The notes: generated from the letters alone by a model not told the origin. A stretch of DNA of 64,000 bases from an uncultured Thermoleophilia bacterium (GCA_963715985.1 CAVQSP010000020.1:192001-256000); one strand, 5' to 3'. Numbered from the stretch's first letter, positions 1 through 9,932 are shown. Numbers and translations are program-made.

Positions 1-313
1 CCGTCACGTACGCGAAGCCGACGAACCAGACGACGCCCATCGTCACCGAGAGCATGATGACCCAGCGACGCCCGAGCCGGTCGGTGAGCTGCCCTCCCCA
101 GAACTGCACCGGCATCACCGCGACGGGCACCAGCCCGAACACCACGCCGACGACCGACATCGACGCGCCCAGGTAGCTGTGCATGTAGATGCCCTCGAAG
201 GGGAACGCCAGCGCCGCCGCGGCGACGTAGACGAACGTGCCCAGCGTGAGCACCCAGAACTGGGCGGGGAAGGAGCGCAGCTCGCGGACGGCTCGAGAGA
301 GGCGTGAGGACAC
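1..313 (-). CDS. MFS transporter, N-terminal part (runs off window edge)
   Basis: Manual translation from GTG 313: VSSRLSRAVRELRSFPAQFWVLTLGTFVYV...WGGQLTDRLGRRWVIML; MFS motif A (GxLxDRxGRR) and hydrophobic helices. Confidence 0.85.
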   Translation of the reverse strand, partial: MSSRLSRAVRELRSFPAQFWVLTLGTFVYVAAAALAFPFEGIYMHSYLGASMSVVGVVFGLVPVAVMPVQFWGGQLTDRLGRRWVIMLSVTMGVVWFVGFAYVT

Positions 314-399
314 GCGCCAATGCTATCGAACACGCCGCCGCCGGGGCAGCTGCAGCGGGTCAGGCGCGGCGGAGACTGCCGCAGCCTGAGCCGCAGCGG

Positions 400-779
400 T
401 CAGGCGCGACGCAGCCGCCTGACGGCGAGGGTGAGGCGGTCGCGGCTGCTCCGGCGCAGCAGCGGAAACCCGACGCCGCCGGCGAGACCCGACAGCAGGA
501 CGAGGGTGAACAGCCCTCGCCCGCCGAGCGCGTCCAGGAGGAACCCACCGGCCGTCGGCCCGAGGCTCGCGCCGAACATCCACACGAGCGTCCACGCGCC
601 GAGGTAGCGGCCGCGCAGTTCCACCGGCGCCAGCTGGGTGACCACCGTGGACGAGACCGGTGAACGCAGGACCTCCCCGACGGCCATGACCGCGAGAGGA
701 GCCGGAACTGCCGGGGGAGGGCGCGGGTCCCGCGCCTGATCTTCTGGAGTGTGGCGCCCCGTCTCGGCGTAGGTATCAC
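400..779 (-). pseudogene. Collapsed MFS transporter remnant (N-terminal start joined to C-terminal helices)
   Basis: N-terminus LQKIRRGTRALPRQFRLLS resembles the neighbouring MFS start; near 692 it joins, out of frame, a C-terminal MFS segment LAPVELRGRYLGAWTLVWMFGASLGPTAGG; the middle is missing. Confidence 0.65.
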
Positions 780-929
780 CTCGTTCACGCTGGCTCGCGC
801 GATGATGGTAGCAGGCGCTGCTGCCTGCTTCGACCTGCGCCCGCGATCCCGTCTCCGGCCGGAGACGTGGGACGCGGCGACGCGGCGACGCGGAAATCGC
901 GCGGCTTCGGCCTCGAAAGCTGCAGCCTG

Positions 930-958
930 TTGACGGCGGTCCGGCCGCCGATGAAGAT
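930..958 (+). promoter_or_regulatory. Putative sigma70-type leaderless promoter of HTH-GAF gene 1
   Basis: TTGACG-17 nt-GAAGAT, ATG 6 nt downstream, no SD; inverted repeat CGGCGG..CCGCCG in the spacer region. Confidence 0.45.
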
Positions 959-964
959 TGACCA

Positions 965-2018
965 ATGTTGCTCACCGTCCAGCAGGCGGCGCGCCGCCTC
1001 GGCGTCTCGCCGGTCACCGTGCGCAGGTGGACGGCCACCGGCTTCCTTCCCTGCACGAGGACCGCCGGCGGGCACCGCCGCATCGACGAGCACGACCTCG
1101 ACGACCTGGCGCAGGTCATCGGCGCCAGTGACCACGTGGGTGCCCAGGTCGCGCGCGAGCGCGAGGTGGACGTGCTCATCGACACGTCCATCGCCCTGGC
1201 CGAGCGGCTGGACCTCGGCGAGCTCCTGCAGGAGGTCGCGATGCGCATGACGAGCCTTCTCGACTGCCACTTCTGCGCCATCTCGGCCTACGACCCCGTC
1301 GCCGAAGCCGTGATCACGCTGGCGGAGTACGACGACGCCGGCCGCCGGCTCCCCGACGCCAGCCCCTACAAGCTGCGTGACTTCCCGCTCACGCGGCGCG
1401 TGCTCACCGAACAGGTCACCGTGGTGGTGAACGTCGACGACCCGGAGGCCGACGAGGCGGAAGTCGCGGAGCTGCGACGCGAGGGCGACAGGAGCCTCCT
1501 CATGGTGCCGCTGGTCGTTCAGGGAGACACCATCGGCCTGCTCGAGGTGGCCGACCAGCGACGTGCTCGCCAGTACTCGCGCCAGGAGCTGCGCCTCGCG
1601 GGCGCTGTGGCGGGACAGGCGGCGGTGGCCATCAAGAACGCCCGGCTCTTCGCCGAGAGGCGCCGCAGCGACCAGGACATCACCAGTCTGCGGCGGGGTC
1701 TGGCCGAGCTCACGAGGCGCGTCCCCGAAGCCGCCGGCGGCGGCCGGGCGAAGCTGCTCGAGTGTGGTCGCCGCCGCCGTGTGCGAGGCCGTCGGCGCCA
1801 TCTCGTGCGTGGCGGGCGCCGGCGGCGAGACGGCCGGCGCTTCAGGCCCTGCCGCCGCTGGCGCCCCGGAGCACGGCGCCAGCGTCCTCGTCGCTCGCGA
1901 TCCATCGGGCGCCACCGACATCACGCTCACGGTCACCTTGCGCGACGCCCCGGGCGAGGGCGTGGCCGACCTGCTCGATCTTGTCGCAGCACTCACGTCT
2001 GCCGCGCTGAACATGTGA
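965..2018 (+). CDS. BldC/excisionase-like (MerR-type) HTH + GAF domain regulator; frameshift near 1750
   Basis: LTVQQAARRLGVSPVTVRRW...RTAGGHRR HTH and a GAF domain; the C-terminus matching the paralogue (GGETAGASG...LTVTL) lies in another frame ending at 2018. Confidence 0.8.
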
Positions 2019-2125
2019 CGCACCGGGCCTTGATCACAGGTTCGCTGCATTCATCGTTTGCTGGTCTTTTTCTCGTGATACTCGGACGCCGAACTTTGCA
2101 CGATATCGAGTGAGAACTTCGGGGT

Positions 2126-2154
2126 TTGACGGCGACAACACGAGTTGTTAACTT
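2126..2154 (+). promoter_or_regulatory. Putative sigma70-type leaderless promoter of HTH-GAF gene 2
   Basis: TTGACG-17 nt-TAACTT, ATG at 2162, no SD; ACAAC-N4-GTTGT palindrome in the spacer. Confidence 0.55.
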
Positions 2155-2161
2155 CTTCGCC

Positions 2162-3235
2162 ATGTATCTGAGCGTCCAACTCGCCGCGCGCCGTCTGGGC
2201 GTCTCACCCCACACCATCCGTCGCTGGACTGCGTCCGGCTTCCTCCCCTGCACCCGCACCGCCGGCGGGCACCGCCGTATCAAGCAGGAGGACATCGACG
2301 AGCTCACGCACCTCATCGGCGGGCGCAACCACCTCGCCGCCCGCCTGGCGAGGGAGCGCGAGCTCGAGACCCTCGTGGAGACGGCCATCCTGGTCAGCAG
2401 CCGTCTGGACACCGGCGAACTGCTGCATGAAGTCGCCCGCCAGATGACGAGCCTCCTGGACGCGCACGTGTGCGCCATCTCCGGGTACGACCCGCTCACG
2501 CGCACGGTCGCCGTGCTCGCCGAGTACGACCATCTCGGCAACCGCCAGATCGACACCATGAAATACAAGCTCCCCCAGTTCCCCATGGCGCGTCGCGCCA
2601 TCGAGGACCACGAGAGCATCACCGTCAACGTGAGCGACCCGCGCGCCGACCCCGCCGAGGTGGCCATCATGCGCCGCGACGGCGACAAGTGCCTGCTCAT
2701 CATCCCCATGATCCACCAGGGCGAGGCGATCGGGCTCATCGAGATCCTGGACCACGTGCGCGAGCGCCGCTTCAGCCGCCAGGAGATGCGCCTCGCCAAT
2801 GCGGTGGCCGGCCAGGCGGCGGTGGCCCTGCACAACGCGCGGGTGTTCGACCAGTTGCGGCGCAGCGACGAGGACGTCGTCGCGCTGCGCCGCGCCGTGG
2901 AGTGCATCTCGGAGGGGCATGCCGGCCTGCTGGCGCAGCAGACGGCGGCGGGCATGCTGCAGGCCGCCGCCAAGCTGGCCACCGAGGCCCTCGACGGGCT
3001 CTCGTGCGTCGCCGGCCGCGGTGACGAGACGGCCGGCGCGGCCGGGGCCGGCGCGACAACGCAGGGTACGCGCACGGACGCGGCCCACGTCATCGTCTCG
3101 TCGGCGCCCTGCGCGGGCGAGCAGCTCACACTCACGCTCACCCTGGCGCGACCCGCCGGAGAGGGTCAGGCCGAGCTGCTCGGACTCATCGCGAGCCTGG
3201 TCGCCGGGGCCGTAGCCTCTCTGCCGCCGGCCTAG
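2162..3235 (+). CDS. BldC/excisionase-like HTH + GAF domain regulator (paralogue of upstream gene)
   Basis: MYLSVQLAARRLGVSPHTIRRW...RTAGGHRR; GAF segment LLIIPMIHQGEAIGLIEI...AVALHNARVF. Confidence 0.85.
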   Translation: MYLSVQLAARRLGVSPHTIRRWTASGFLPCTRTAGGHRRIKQEDIDELTHLIGGRNHLAARLARERELETLVETAILVSSRLDTGELLHEVARQMTSLLDAHVCAISGYDPLTRTVAVLAEYDHLGNRQIDTMKYKLPQFPMARRAIEDHESITVNVSDPRADPAEVAIMRRDGDKCLLIIPMIHQGEAIGLIEILDHVRERRFSRQEMRLANAVAGQAAVALHNARVFDQLRRSDEDVVALRRAVECISEGHAGLLAQQTAAGMLQAAAKLATEALDGLSCVAGRGDETAGAAGAGATTQGTRTDAAHVIVSSAPCAGEQLTLTLTLARPAGEGQAELLGLIASLVAGAVASLPPA

Positions 3236-3441
3236 CCCTCCTTCCCACACGCCTGCACCGCGTCGGCGGCGTGCCCCTCCGCTCTGCCAGCTCCACGGCT
3301 TCAGCGCACGGCGAGGCGCGCCCTCACGCTCTGGTCAAGACGGGCTTGGGTGGGTGACGATCTCGGGGTGCGGCGGGACTTGACCCGCGTCGATGACCGG
3401 CAAAGCAGGCCCAGACCATGAGAGTTTGCTACCCTCACCCC

Positions 3442-6372
3442 ATGCCCGCCGCTCTCCCCCAGCTCGTCGTGCTCGACACCGAGACAACGGGGCTCGACCC
3501 CGAACACGACCGCATCATCGACATCGGCGCCGTCCGCCTGGGGCCGGACCTCGCGGTGATGGACACCTTTCAGACGCTTGTCGACCCCGGCGTGCCGATC
3601 CCGCTGTACATCGTGCGGCTCGTGGGCATCACCGACGCGGACGTGCGCGGGGCGCCCTCCTTCGGCGACGCCTTCGAAGCGCTCCGGCAGTTCGCCGGCG
3701 ACGCCGTGCTCGCCGGCCACAACGTGGGCTTCGACCGCGAGCACCTTGCGGCGGGAGCACGCCGCGCCGGGCTCCCGTCCCTGCGCAACGCATGGTTCGA
3801 CACGCTCGAGGCCGCCACCCTCCTCTTCCCCGAGCTCGACCGCCATGCGCTGACGGTGCTCGCGGAGGAGTTCGGCATCGAGCGCACCGCGCACCGCGCG
3901 CTGCCCGACGCGGAGACGGCGGCCGACGTGCTGCGCCGCCTCTGCGCCAGGGCGTCGGGCCTGGGCGCGGAGGAGCGCGCGCTGCTCACTGCCGTCGGCT
4001 GGGAGCCGCTCGCGCTGCTCGACCGCTTTCGCGCGCCGCCCGACGAGGCGCCGCCGCCGATCGTCTCCGACGATGCGCCCGGCCAGCTCGTGGCCTTCCC
4101 CGTGGAGGCGGATGGCTGGCGCGCCGAGCTCGGAGGGGACGAGGAGAGTGACGCCGGCGACCTCCCCGGCCTGGCGGCGCGTCTGCCCGGCTTTCGCCGC
4201 CGGCCCGGGCAGGTGCAGCTTGCGGCCGCCGCGGGCGAGGTCTTCTCGCACGGCGGCGTAGGGCTGTTCGAGGCCGGCACCGGCATGGGCAAGAGCCTCG
4301 CCTACCTGCTGCCCGCCGCGTTCTTCAGTGCTTCGCAGGGCCGCCGCGTGGTGGTGAGCACCAAGACCAAGGCCCTGCAACGGCAGCTGGCCGCGCACGA
4401 GCTGCCGCTCGTGGCCGACGCACTGCCCGACGGCTGGCGCTGGACGCTGCTCATGGGCCGCGAGAACTACATCTGCCGGCGCCGGCTGGACGAGGCCGTT
4501 GCCGGCGAGGACGGCGCCTTGCCCGACAGGGACCGGGCGCTCGCCCTCGCCTACCTCATGGGGCGCGCGCGCCGCGGCGAGGTCGACCTCTCTTCCCTGC
4601 CGTACCGCGCCTCCCTGGAGCTCGCGGCGCTGCCCGAGATCGCCCGCGATCTGCGCTCCTCCCGCGGGACCTGTCTGGGCAGGCACTGCCCCTCCAGGCG
4701 CCGCTGCCACTGGCGCGCGGCGCGCGCCCGTGCCGAGGCCGCCCACCTCGTCTGCGTGAACCACGCGCTGCTGCTCACCGGCCCCGAGACGCTGCCGCCG
4801 TTCGAGGACGTCATCATCGACGAGGCGCACCTGCTCTACCACGAGGCCACCGAGGCCTTCAGCGAAGAGGTCGACGCCGTGACCCTCGACCTCCTGCTCG
4901 CCGACCTGCGCGGGCGCCGCCGCCAGCGGCCTCTGCCGCAGCGCCTGCGCGCGGCGGCGCGCGGCCTGGACACGCTCGAGCGGCGTCAGCTGGAGGCGGC
5001 CGCCGACGCCTGCGAGATGGCCGCCGAGACGCTCCCACCGCTGTCTCGTGCCGTGGGCGAGACGCTGGCGCGGCTGGGCGCTGCGGCCGGTCGCGACGAC
5101 GACACGCCCTCGGCCGGCGCCGCGGACCGCGCCTTCGGCGCCGGCGGCGTCTCCGCTCAGGCGCCCGCGTACAACCTGAGCACCTGGATCACGCCGGGTC
5201 TCCGCGAGCACCCGGCCTGGGACCCGTTCGCCACGGCCACCGGTCTGCTCGCCGAGGGCCTCGCGGCACTTGCGGCGGGCGTGGCGCCGGTCGCCGAGGC
5301 GCTGCCCGAAGAGCACCGCGACTTCGCCGCCGCGGTCACGCTCGCGGAGGACGCTGCCCGCCTCGCCGCGCTGCTCGGCGAGCTCCCCGAGAGCGGCAGC
5401 GCGGACGCCGTGGTGTGGGGCGAGGTCGAGCCGGCCGGGCGCCCCGACCGGGGCGGCTCAGGAGGCGCGGGACGGGCGGGACGGGCCCGTGACCTCGGAC
5501 CTCAGGCGCCGCGATGGACGCTGACGCGCACGCCGCTCACGCCGGCGCGCCAGGTGCGCGAGGCGCTCTGGGACCGCCTGCGCAGCGCGGTGCTCGCCAG
5601 CGCCACACTCACGGTGGCCGGTTCCTTCTCCTATTACCGGGAGATGACGGGCCTGGACGCCGACGTGGACGTGGTGGAGCGCGTCTTCCCCTCCCCCTTC
5701 GACTTCCGCCGCCAGGCCGTGCTCGTGCTCGAGCACGACCCGCAGAGCGCCTGGCGGCCGGACGCGCTCGCCGAGCGCCAGGGCGAGCGCCTCAAACGGC
5801 TCGCCGAGGTCACCGGGGGACGGACCATGGTGCTGTTCACCAACAAGCGCGACATGAACCGGGTCGCCGCGGAGGTGGGCGCGCACGTCGAGGACGACGG
5901 CGTCCTCGTCCTCGCGCAGGGCCTGCACGGCAGCGCCACCGCCCTCGCCGACGAGTTCCGCCAGCACCCCGCGACCATCCTGTTCGGCGTGGACACGTTC
6001 TGGACCGGTCAGGACTTCCCCGGCGACGTGCTCACCTGCCTCGTGATCGCCAGGCTGCCCTTCCCCCGCCTCGATCCGCTGTATCAGGCGCGGCGGCGAG
6101 CCTGCGAAGAGGCCGGCCAGCGCTGGTTCGACGCGTTCTACCTGCCGGAGGCGGTGCTCAAGTTCCGCCAGGGCTTCGGCCGTCTCATCCGTACCGAGAC
6201 CGACCACGGCGTGGTCGTGGTGCTCGACCACCGCCTCACGCAGAAGAACTACCGCGGCGCCTTCGTCGGCAGCCTGCCGGAGCTGGAGGTGGTGGAGGCG
6301 GCGCCCGCCGAGATCCCCGCCCTGGTCGAGTACTACCTGCGGCAGCTCGACCCCGGCGAGCCCGGCACCTGA
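3442..6372 (+). CDS. dinG: DEDDh 3'-5' exonuclease (DnaQ-like) fused to DinG-family Fe-S helicase
   Basis: LDTETTG, HNVGFD, HRALPDA exonuclease motifs; EAGTGMGKS Walker A, DEAH, Fe-S Cys cluster, SATL, QGFGRLIR. Confidence 0.9.
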   Translation: MPAALPQLVVLDTETTGLDPEHDRIIDIGAVRLGPDLAVMDTFQTLVDPGVPIPLYIVRLVGITDADVRGAPSFGDAFEALRQFAGDAVLAGHNVGFDREHLAAGARRAGLPSLRNAWFDTLEAATLLFPELDRHALTVLAEEFGIERTAHRALPDAETAADVLRRLCARASGLGAEERALLTAVGWEPLALLDRFRAPPDEAPPPIVSDDAPGQLVAFPVEADGWRAELGGDEESDAGDLPGLAARLPGFRRRPGQVQLAAAAGEVFSHGGVGLFEAGTGMGKSLAYLLPAAFFSASQGRRVVVSTKTKALQRQLAAHELPLVADALPDGWRWTLLMGRENYICRRRLDEAVAGEDGALPDRDRALALAYLMGRARRGEVDLSSLPYRASLELAALPEIARDLRSSRGTCLGRHCPSRRRCHWRAARARAEAAHLVCVNHALLLTGPETLPPFEDVIIDEAHLLYHEATEAFSEEVDAVTLDLLLADLRGRRRQRPLPQRLRAAARGLDTLERRQLEAAADACEMAAETLPPLSRAVGETLARLGAAAGRDDDTPSAGAADRAFGAGGVSAQAPAYNLSTWITPGLREHPAWDPFATATGLLAEGLAALAAGVAPVAEALPEEHRDFAAAVTLAEDAARLAALLGELPESGSADAVVWGEVEPAGRPDRGGSGGAGRAGRARDLGPQAPRWTLTRTPLTPARQVREALWDRLRSAVLASATLTVAGSFSYYREMTGLDADVDVVERVFPSPFDFRRQAVLVLEHDPQSAWRPDALAERQGERLKRLAEVTGGRTMVLFTNKRDMNRVAAEVGAHVEDDGVLVLAQGLHGSATALADEFRQHPATILFGVDTFWTGQDFPGDVLTCLVIARLPFPRLDPLYQARRRACEEAGQRWFDAFYLPEAVLKFRQGFGRLIRTETDHGVVVVLDHRLTQKNYRGAFVGSLPELEVVEAAPAEIPALVEYYLRQLDPGEPGT

Positions 6373-6406
6373 GAGGCCCTGGGGCCGGGCGGCCCCTACG
6401 CCCGCC

Positions 6407-6799
6407 CTACTTGAGCAGCTTGCCGCTCCCCGTGCCGGCCACCCGGTCCACACGCTTGACCACGCGCGCCTTGGTGCGCTTGCCGCAGTTGGGGCAGGTG
6501 AGCGTCTTGTAGCTGTAGTAGGTGCCGTCGGGGTTCTTGCCGATGGACGAGGTGGTGAAGAAGTTGATGGTGGTGGGCACCTGGAAGGGCTTGTCGCACT
6601 TGTCGCACAGGTAGCCGCTCTTGCGCGAGACGAGGCTGATGTACATCCACAGCCCGGCGAGGATGAGCAGCAGCGTGGGCAGGAACCCCCGCCACGGATA
6701 GATCACCACCATGGCGAAGACGATGATGGCGACGAAGATGAGGAGCTTCCACAGCGTGCTCCACCAGTCGTACTTGCTGCGTTCAACGAAACGGGCCAA
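6407..6799 (-). CDS. Membrane protein with two TM helices and a zinc ribbon
   Basis: Two hydrophobic stretches, then CDKC...CPNC. Confidence 0.75.
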   Translation of the reverse strand: MARFVERSKYDWWSTLWKLLIFVAIIVFAMVVIYPWRGFLPTLLLILAGLWMYISLVSRKSGYLCDKCDKPFQVPTTINFFTTSSIGKNPDGTYYSYKTLTCPNCGKRTKARVVKRVDRVAGTGSGKLLK

Positions 6800-6817
6800 T
6801 GAAGTGCCTTTCTCTCG

Positions 6818-7384
6818 TCACTCCCAGCGGAACAGGCGCCACGCCAGCACCACGAACACGGCGGTACAGGCAAGCAGCACCAGGATGTCGGTGCGCACTG
6901 CCCACAGGGTAGCATCGTCGATGATGACCTTGCGCAGCGCGTCGGCCAAGTAGGTCAGCGGCATGAGCTTGACGATGGGCTGGATCCACGCCGGCGCGTT
7001 GTTCATCGGGAAGAAGATGCCGCTCAGGAACATCATGGGCGTCTGCACCACGTTCATCAGCGCCTGCGCGACCTCCATGTTCTTTGACACGGAGGCGATC
7101 GTGAAGCCCAGGCTCACGAAGGTGCCCGAGCCGAGGATCGCCACCACGCACACGATGAGCAGCGAGCCGTTGACGCTGACGTGAAACAGGAGCATGCCGA
7201 CGGCCAGCACGATGGCGGTCTGGATGAGGCTCGTGACGATGCGCATGAGCACGTGGGCGCGCCGCACCTCGAAGGAGACACCGTCGACGGCGACGAGCTC
7301 ACCGTAGCGTTTGGTGAGCCCCAGAAGGGCGATGACGGAGTCGCCGGCGGCCCCCGGCGGTGACGCGGAAGCGGCCGGGCTCAC
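6818..7384 (-). pseudogene. In-frame deletion fusion of ABC ATPase N-terminus and ABC-2 permease C-terminus
   Basis: LTKRYGELVAVDGVSFEVRR (ATPase start, no Walker A) joined near 7260 to permease PMMFLSGIFFP...MPLTY...WRLFRWE. Confidence 0.7.
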
Positions 7385-7500
7385 CCGCCGACGGGGCCGG
7401 CGAGGTAGCTCACCAGCGTGAAGATGCCGAACAACGCTCCCAGGACGACGGCCGCGAACGCCAGCGTCAGGAAGAAAGCCGAGAAGAACTGCCGGGCCAT
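7381..7500 (-). CDS. Small single-TM protein (39 aa)
   Basis: MARQFFSAFFLTLAFAAVVLGALFGIFTLVSYLAGPVGG; GGGAG SD; stop overlaps the next GTG start. Confidence 0.55.
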   Translation of the reverse strand: MARQFFSAFFLTLAFAAVVLGALFGIFTLVSYLAGPVGG

Positions 7501-7685
7501 CGCTGTGCTCCCGCTCGTCGTCGCCGTGCCGGCGCGTCCGCGCCACGGAGAGTATGCCATCCCGCGCGCCGATGAGAAAGCGCCGGGAGGCGGTCCGGCC
7601 GGGCCGCCCGGCTCAAGCCCGCGTTCTCGGCGGCCGACGACAGGGTACGAACCAGCATCCGTCGCATCCCTGAGGAGGAAGCCCC

Positions 7686-8360
7686 ATGGAAGTCGAGTTC
7701 CAGAACGGTCCGGCCTTCACCGTCGCCGTCGCCAAGCTGGCGGGTGGAGAGAAGCTGCGCGCCGAGAGCGGCGCCATGATCAGCATGACCACCGGCACGG
7801 AGATCGAGACGTCCACGCAGGGCGGCATCCTCAAAGGGCTCAAGCGCTCGTTCTCCGGCGAGTCGTTCTTCATGAACACGTTCACGGCGCCGGCCGGCGG
7901 CGGCGAGGTCGTCCTCGCCTCGCCCCTCCCCGGCGACATGACCTACGTGGACCTGCAGGGCCACACCTGGTTCTTCCACCGCGACGGCTTCATCGCCTCG
8001 GAGCAGGGCGTGGACCTGGACACGAGCTGGGGCGGTCTCAAGGGCGCGTTCGGCGCCTCGTCGTTCTTCGTCGTCAAGTGCTCCGGTCAGGGCAAAGCCA
8101 TCGTGGCCACCTACGGCGCCCTGCGGCGCATCGACCTGCAGGCCGGCCAGCAGTACACCGTGGACTCCGGCCACCTCGTGGCCTGGCCCGACGGCATGCC
8201 GCTGCAGGTGCACAAGGTGGGCGGGCTCAAGTCGCTGTTCCTCAGCGGCGAGGGCTTCGTGGTCTCGCTCACCGGCCCCGGCACGTTCTTCATGCAGACC
8301 CGCAGCGAGGCCGCCTTCGTGAGCTGGCTGGCCCCCCTGCTCCCCAAGAGCGGCAACTGA
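7686..8360 (+). CDS. TIGR00266/AIM24 family protein
   Basis: RAESGAM, SGESFFMN, VDSGHLVAW, SGEG..GPG..MQTR motifs; GAGGAGG SD. Confidence 0.9.
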   Translation: MEVEFQNGPAFTVAVAKLAGGEKLRAESGAMISMTTGTEIETSTQGGILKGLKRSFSGESFFMNTFTAPAGGGEVVLASPLPGDMTYVDLQGHTWFFHRDGFIASEQGVDLDTSWGGLKGAFGASSFFVVKCSGQGKAIVATYGALRRIDLQAGQQYTVDSGHLVAWPDGMPLQVHKVGGLKSLFLSGEGFVVSLTGPGTFFMQTRSEAAFVSWLAPLLPKSGN

Positions 8361-8396
8361 GCGACGATAACGTTTCACCGGCGCGGCCCCGGGTAG

Positions 8397-8419
8397 TACG
8401 TTAGTGAACTGCTTCACGG
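8397..8419 (+). promoter_or_regulatory. -10 box with adjacent Rex/CRP-type operator
   Basis: TACGTT overlapping TAGTGAACTGCTTCACGG (GTG-N8-CAC). Confidence 0.5.
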
Positions 8420-8429
8420 GAGGTGGACC

Positions 8430-8606
8430 ATGTCACCTGACTCCGGCGAGAAGCCCGGCGCGCACGACCCGCGGCAGGACCACCGCGGCAAGGGGTTGGG
8501 CTGGCCCACCCCCAGCAAGCTCAAGACGCCGCCCCCGCGATGGAACAGCAAGACCCTTCACCACCCCGCGACCCGCATCGGCGAGATCAAGCACGGCAAG
8601 GCCTGA
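8430..8606 (+). CDS. Small basic protein (58 aa), not in ORF track
   Basis: GGGAGGT SD; MSPDSGEKPGAHDPRQDHRGKGLGWPTPSKLKTPPPRWNSKTLHHPATRIGEIKHGKA; followed by a terminator. Confidence 0.6.
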   Translation: MSPDSGEKPGAHDPRQDHRGKGLGWPTPSKLKTPPPRWNSKTLHHPATRIGEIKHGKA

Positions 8607-8641
8607 CCCAACAGCGAGCCGTCGGCGCGGGCGCGAGTGAA

Positions 8642-8680
8642 AGGGCCCGGCGCTCCTCGGAGCGCCGGGCCCTGTTCTTC
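8642..8680 (+). terminator. Intrinsic terminator hairpin
   Basis: AGGGCCCGGCGCTCC-TC-GGAGCGCCGGGCCCT then GTTCTTC, between convergent genes. Confidence 0.7.
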
Positions 8681-8724
8681 GGGTGATCGCCGAGGCGCCC
8701 CCGCCGAGGGGCGGCTCCCGGCCG

Positions 8725-9306
8725 TCAGGCGTTGAGCTTCTTGAGCGCCCAAGCCATGGTGCGACCCAGGTCCTCCATGTTGGCGATGCCCTCGGCGTCG
8801 TCTTCCACGTCGCCGGCGCCGAGACCGTACCCCATGTTCCAGTACGTGGAGCCGATCACGATCATGCCGCCGATCTGGAACCAGTGGTTGATGCTGTCGA
8901 AGGCGTGGATGGCGCCGCCGCGCCGCGCCGCGACCACGGCCGCCCCCACCTTGCGCTTGAGCGCCTCGCCGCCGCTCTTGCGCGTGGCGTACCCGGCGCG
9001 CTCCATCAGCGCCTGCGTGTTCGCCGTGCAGTTGGCGTAGTACGTCGGCGAGCCGATGAGGATGCCGTCCGCCTCGACCATCTTGGCGATGCAGGCGTTG
9101 AGGCCATCGTCCTTCTGCCCCGGGCAGGTGTTGTCCTGGGTCTCGCCGCACTTGAGGCAGGCGATGCAGCCGCGGAAGCGCTTGTTGTAGAGCTGGACGA
9201 GCTCGGTCTCGATGCCCTCGGCCTCCAGCTCGGCGAGCACGCGGCGCAGCAGGATGGCGGTGTTGCCGTCCTTGCGCGCGCTGCCGTTGAACGCGACGAC
9301 CTTCAT
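8725..9306 (-). CDS. Flavodoxin-like iron-sulfur flavoprotein / NADPH-dependent FMN reductase
   Basis: NGSARKDGNT, CIACLKC..C, GSPTY, ARRGG. Confidence 0.9.
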   Translation of the reverse strand: MKVVAFNGSARKDGNTAILLRRVLAELEAEGIETELVQLYNKRFRGCIACLKCGETQDNTCPGQKDDGLNACIAKMVEADGILIGSPTYYANCTANTQALMERAGYATRKSGGEALKRKVGAAVVAARRGGAIHAFDSINHWFQIGGMIVIGSTYWNMGYGLGAGDVEDDAEGIANMEDLGRTMAWALKKLNA

Positions 9307-9350
9307 GTGACCCCCGTCTCCCCTCGATGAGCCCGCCCGGCGGGCCCGCG

Positions 9351-9932
9351 TCAGACGACCTCGAGCGCCGCGGCCAGGTCGCCGAGGTGGCGCTTGGACT
9401 CGCGCAGCGTACACGCCACGCCGGGCAGCGGGAACGCGAACACGCGGCGCCCGAACGTGCGCATGAGGTCGTCATTGAACCCGTACTCGCTCTTGTGGTC
9501 CCAGCCGAAGGAGTACTTGAGCACCTTGTCCAGAGCGCCCTTGTACACGAACGTGAGGATGCGCGGCCGCGTGGCGGTGATGACTCCGGAGACGCGCTCC
9601 CAGCCTTCCACGTACTCGCGTTCAGTGGGTTCGTCGCCGAACGGCCGCGGCACCTTGCACAGGTCGGTCATGCCGAAGCCGTTGGCCAGCAGCAGGTCGT
9701 CACCGAACTCCCCGGGGGCGGCGCGCAGCAGGCCGTACTCGTCGAGGCGCTTCCACAACCCCTTGCCCATGCGGCCCTGGTAGTAGTGACCTGCCTCCAC
9801 GCTGGCCGGCGAGGGCGTCTTGCCGATGAACAGCACACGCAGCGGGCCGCGTGCCGGCAGGATGTCGCCGAGGGTGACCACCGTGCGTCCGTCCAGCTCC
9901 ATCTCCACGCTGTGATCCACCGTACTCCTCAT
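9351..9932 (-). CDS. Uracil-DNA glycosylase superfamily protein (Mug/TDG-like)
   Basis: LRVLFIGKTPSPASVEAGHYY...LWKRL...FGMTDL matches the Mug layout. Confidence 0.75.
   Translation of the reverse strand: MRSTVDHSVEMELDGRTVVTLGDILPARGPLRVLFIGKTPSPASVEAGHYYQGRMGKGLWKRLDEYGLLRAAPGEFGDDLLLANGFGMTDLCKVPRPFGDEPTEREYVEGWERVSGVITATRPRILTFVYKGALDKVLKYSFGWDHKSEYGFNDDLMRTFGRRVFAFPLPGVACTLRESKRHLGDLAAALEVV

Noticed and set aside
965-3235. Excisionase-like HTHs as evidence of a prophage or ICE
   Set aside because: They are fused to GAF domains; no integrase, att site or phage genes.
3442-6372. DinG as a type IV CRISPR CasDinG
   Set aside because: It is fused to a DnaQ-like exonuclease as in housekeeping DinG; no csf/cas genes or array are nearby.
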